Assembly (NCBI GenBank): GCA_964291215.2
Contig: OZ219790.1
Location: 640,001 to 704,000 of the forward strand
DNA: 64,000 nt
Reading direction: 5' to 3'
DNA from: Alphaproteobacteria bacterium
GTDB taxonomy: Bacteria; Pseudomonadota; Alphaproteobacteria; MPNO01; UBA830
Below the pieces are notes generated by a model, which saw only the letters and a list, made by a program, of their open reading frames with translations, ran no database searches and was not told where the DNA came from. The translations under genes and the position numbers were made by a program. This document shows positions 63,329 to 64,000 of the stretch, piece after piece; position 1 is the stretch's first letter; each line of letters begins with the position of its first letter.

Positions 63329-64000
63329 GATTACGCAACCTGATGTCTGGAAATTGTCGTGAAGCTCTCAGTCATCGAGCTGTTCCCATTTGATGTATGC
63401 CTTGGTTTCGGTTTCCCATTTTTCGTCGATGAGGACCGCGGTTGAGAGGCGCTCCAACGAGGCGAGGTTCGGAAAGCCCCTGACTTTGGAGGTGCGCCGC
63501 TTGAGCTCTTGCTGGATCGGCCGCTCAATGCCGTTCGAGGTTCGCATACGTTTGCGGTGAGCATCGGGCAAGGTGAAGACAGCGAGCCCCGCATTCTTTT
63601 CCAGCCAGGAAGCTTGGATGCTTGTCGCGGTAGCTGGCCACGAGGGCGCCCAGTTCAGCCTCGGCGGTTTGGAGTGAGGACGCATGGCTCCGAGCTGTTT
63701 TCCAATACGTTTCCTGATGTCGTTGTTCGGTGCACGGCGTTTTGCGCCAGGTGGAACTGGCAGCGCTGCCACATCGCCGCGCCCAGCACCGTGCCGCTTT
63801 CAGCCCGGCATGGTCATCCGAGACGATGAAGGTCATACCATGCAGGGCTAGCAAGCTTTCCAGGAAGGCTCTCCAATGGACCTCGGCCTCGGAGAGCGCC
63901 ACAGAGAGCCCCAGAACGTTCCTGCGCTCGTCAGCCCCTATTCCAATGGCCGAGAGTACTGCGACATCGCGCACAACGCCGTCATGGCGGGCTTTTTCGT
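63329..64000 (-). mobile_element. IS256-family element, copy C (runs off the window)
   Basis: IR GATTACGCAACCTGATGTCTGG at 63329. Homologous to copies A and B. Confidence 0.9.

Overview
High-GC, alphaproteobacterial-looking chromosome segment (taxonomy and a host-associated lifestyle are inferred). It has four parts. (1) 1-9.6 kb: a SWIM-SNF2 helicase cut by the window edge, and a minus-strand operon ivd-leuC-leuD-mccB-mccA plus a VOC protein. (2) 9.86-27.9 kb: a graveyard of nested, decayed mobile elements (IS1634, IS66 with a methylase passenger, IS110, IS256, ISAzo13, IS1380, IS30, ISAs1, a traC fragment, type ISP R-M and AAA-ATPase pseudogenes) in which one RTX protein gene is the only clearly intact large ORF. 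(3) 28-60 kb: intact catabolic and redox genes (FAH, two LLM monooxygenases, two Rieske oxygenases, CoA ligase, ECH, TPP enzyme, two GSTs, aldolase, cyt b/c', two thiolases, HpaB-like, DUF35, Mo-hydroxylase MSL). (4) 60-64 kb: more IS and group II intron debris. The most striking signal is that the mobile DNA is riddled with short deletions of a very narrow size class. All 13 indels I scored by eye between the IS256 and ISAs1 copies are 5-7 nt, often at short microhomologies, while neighbouring host genes are intact. All calls come from reading motifs by eye; no searches were run.
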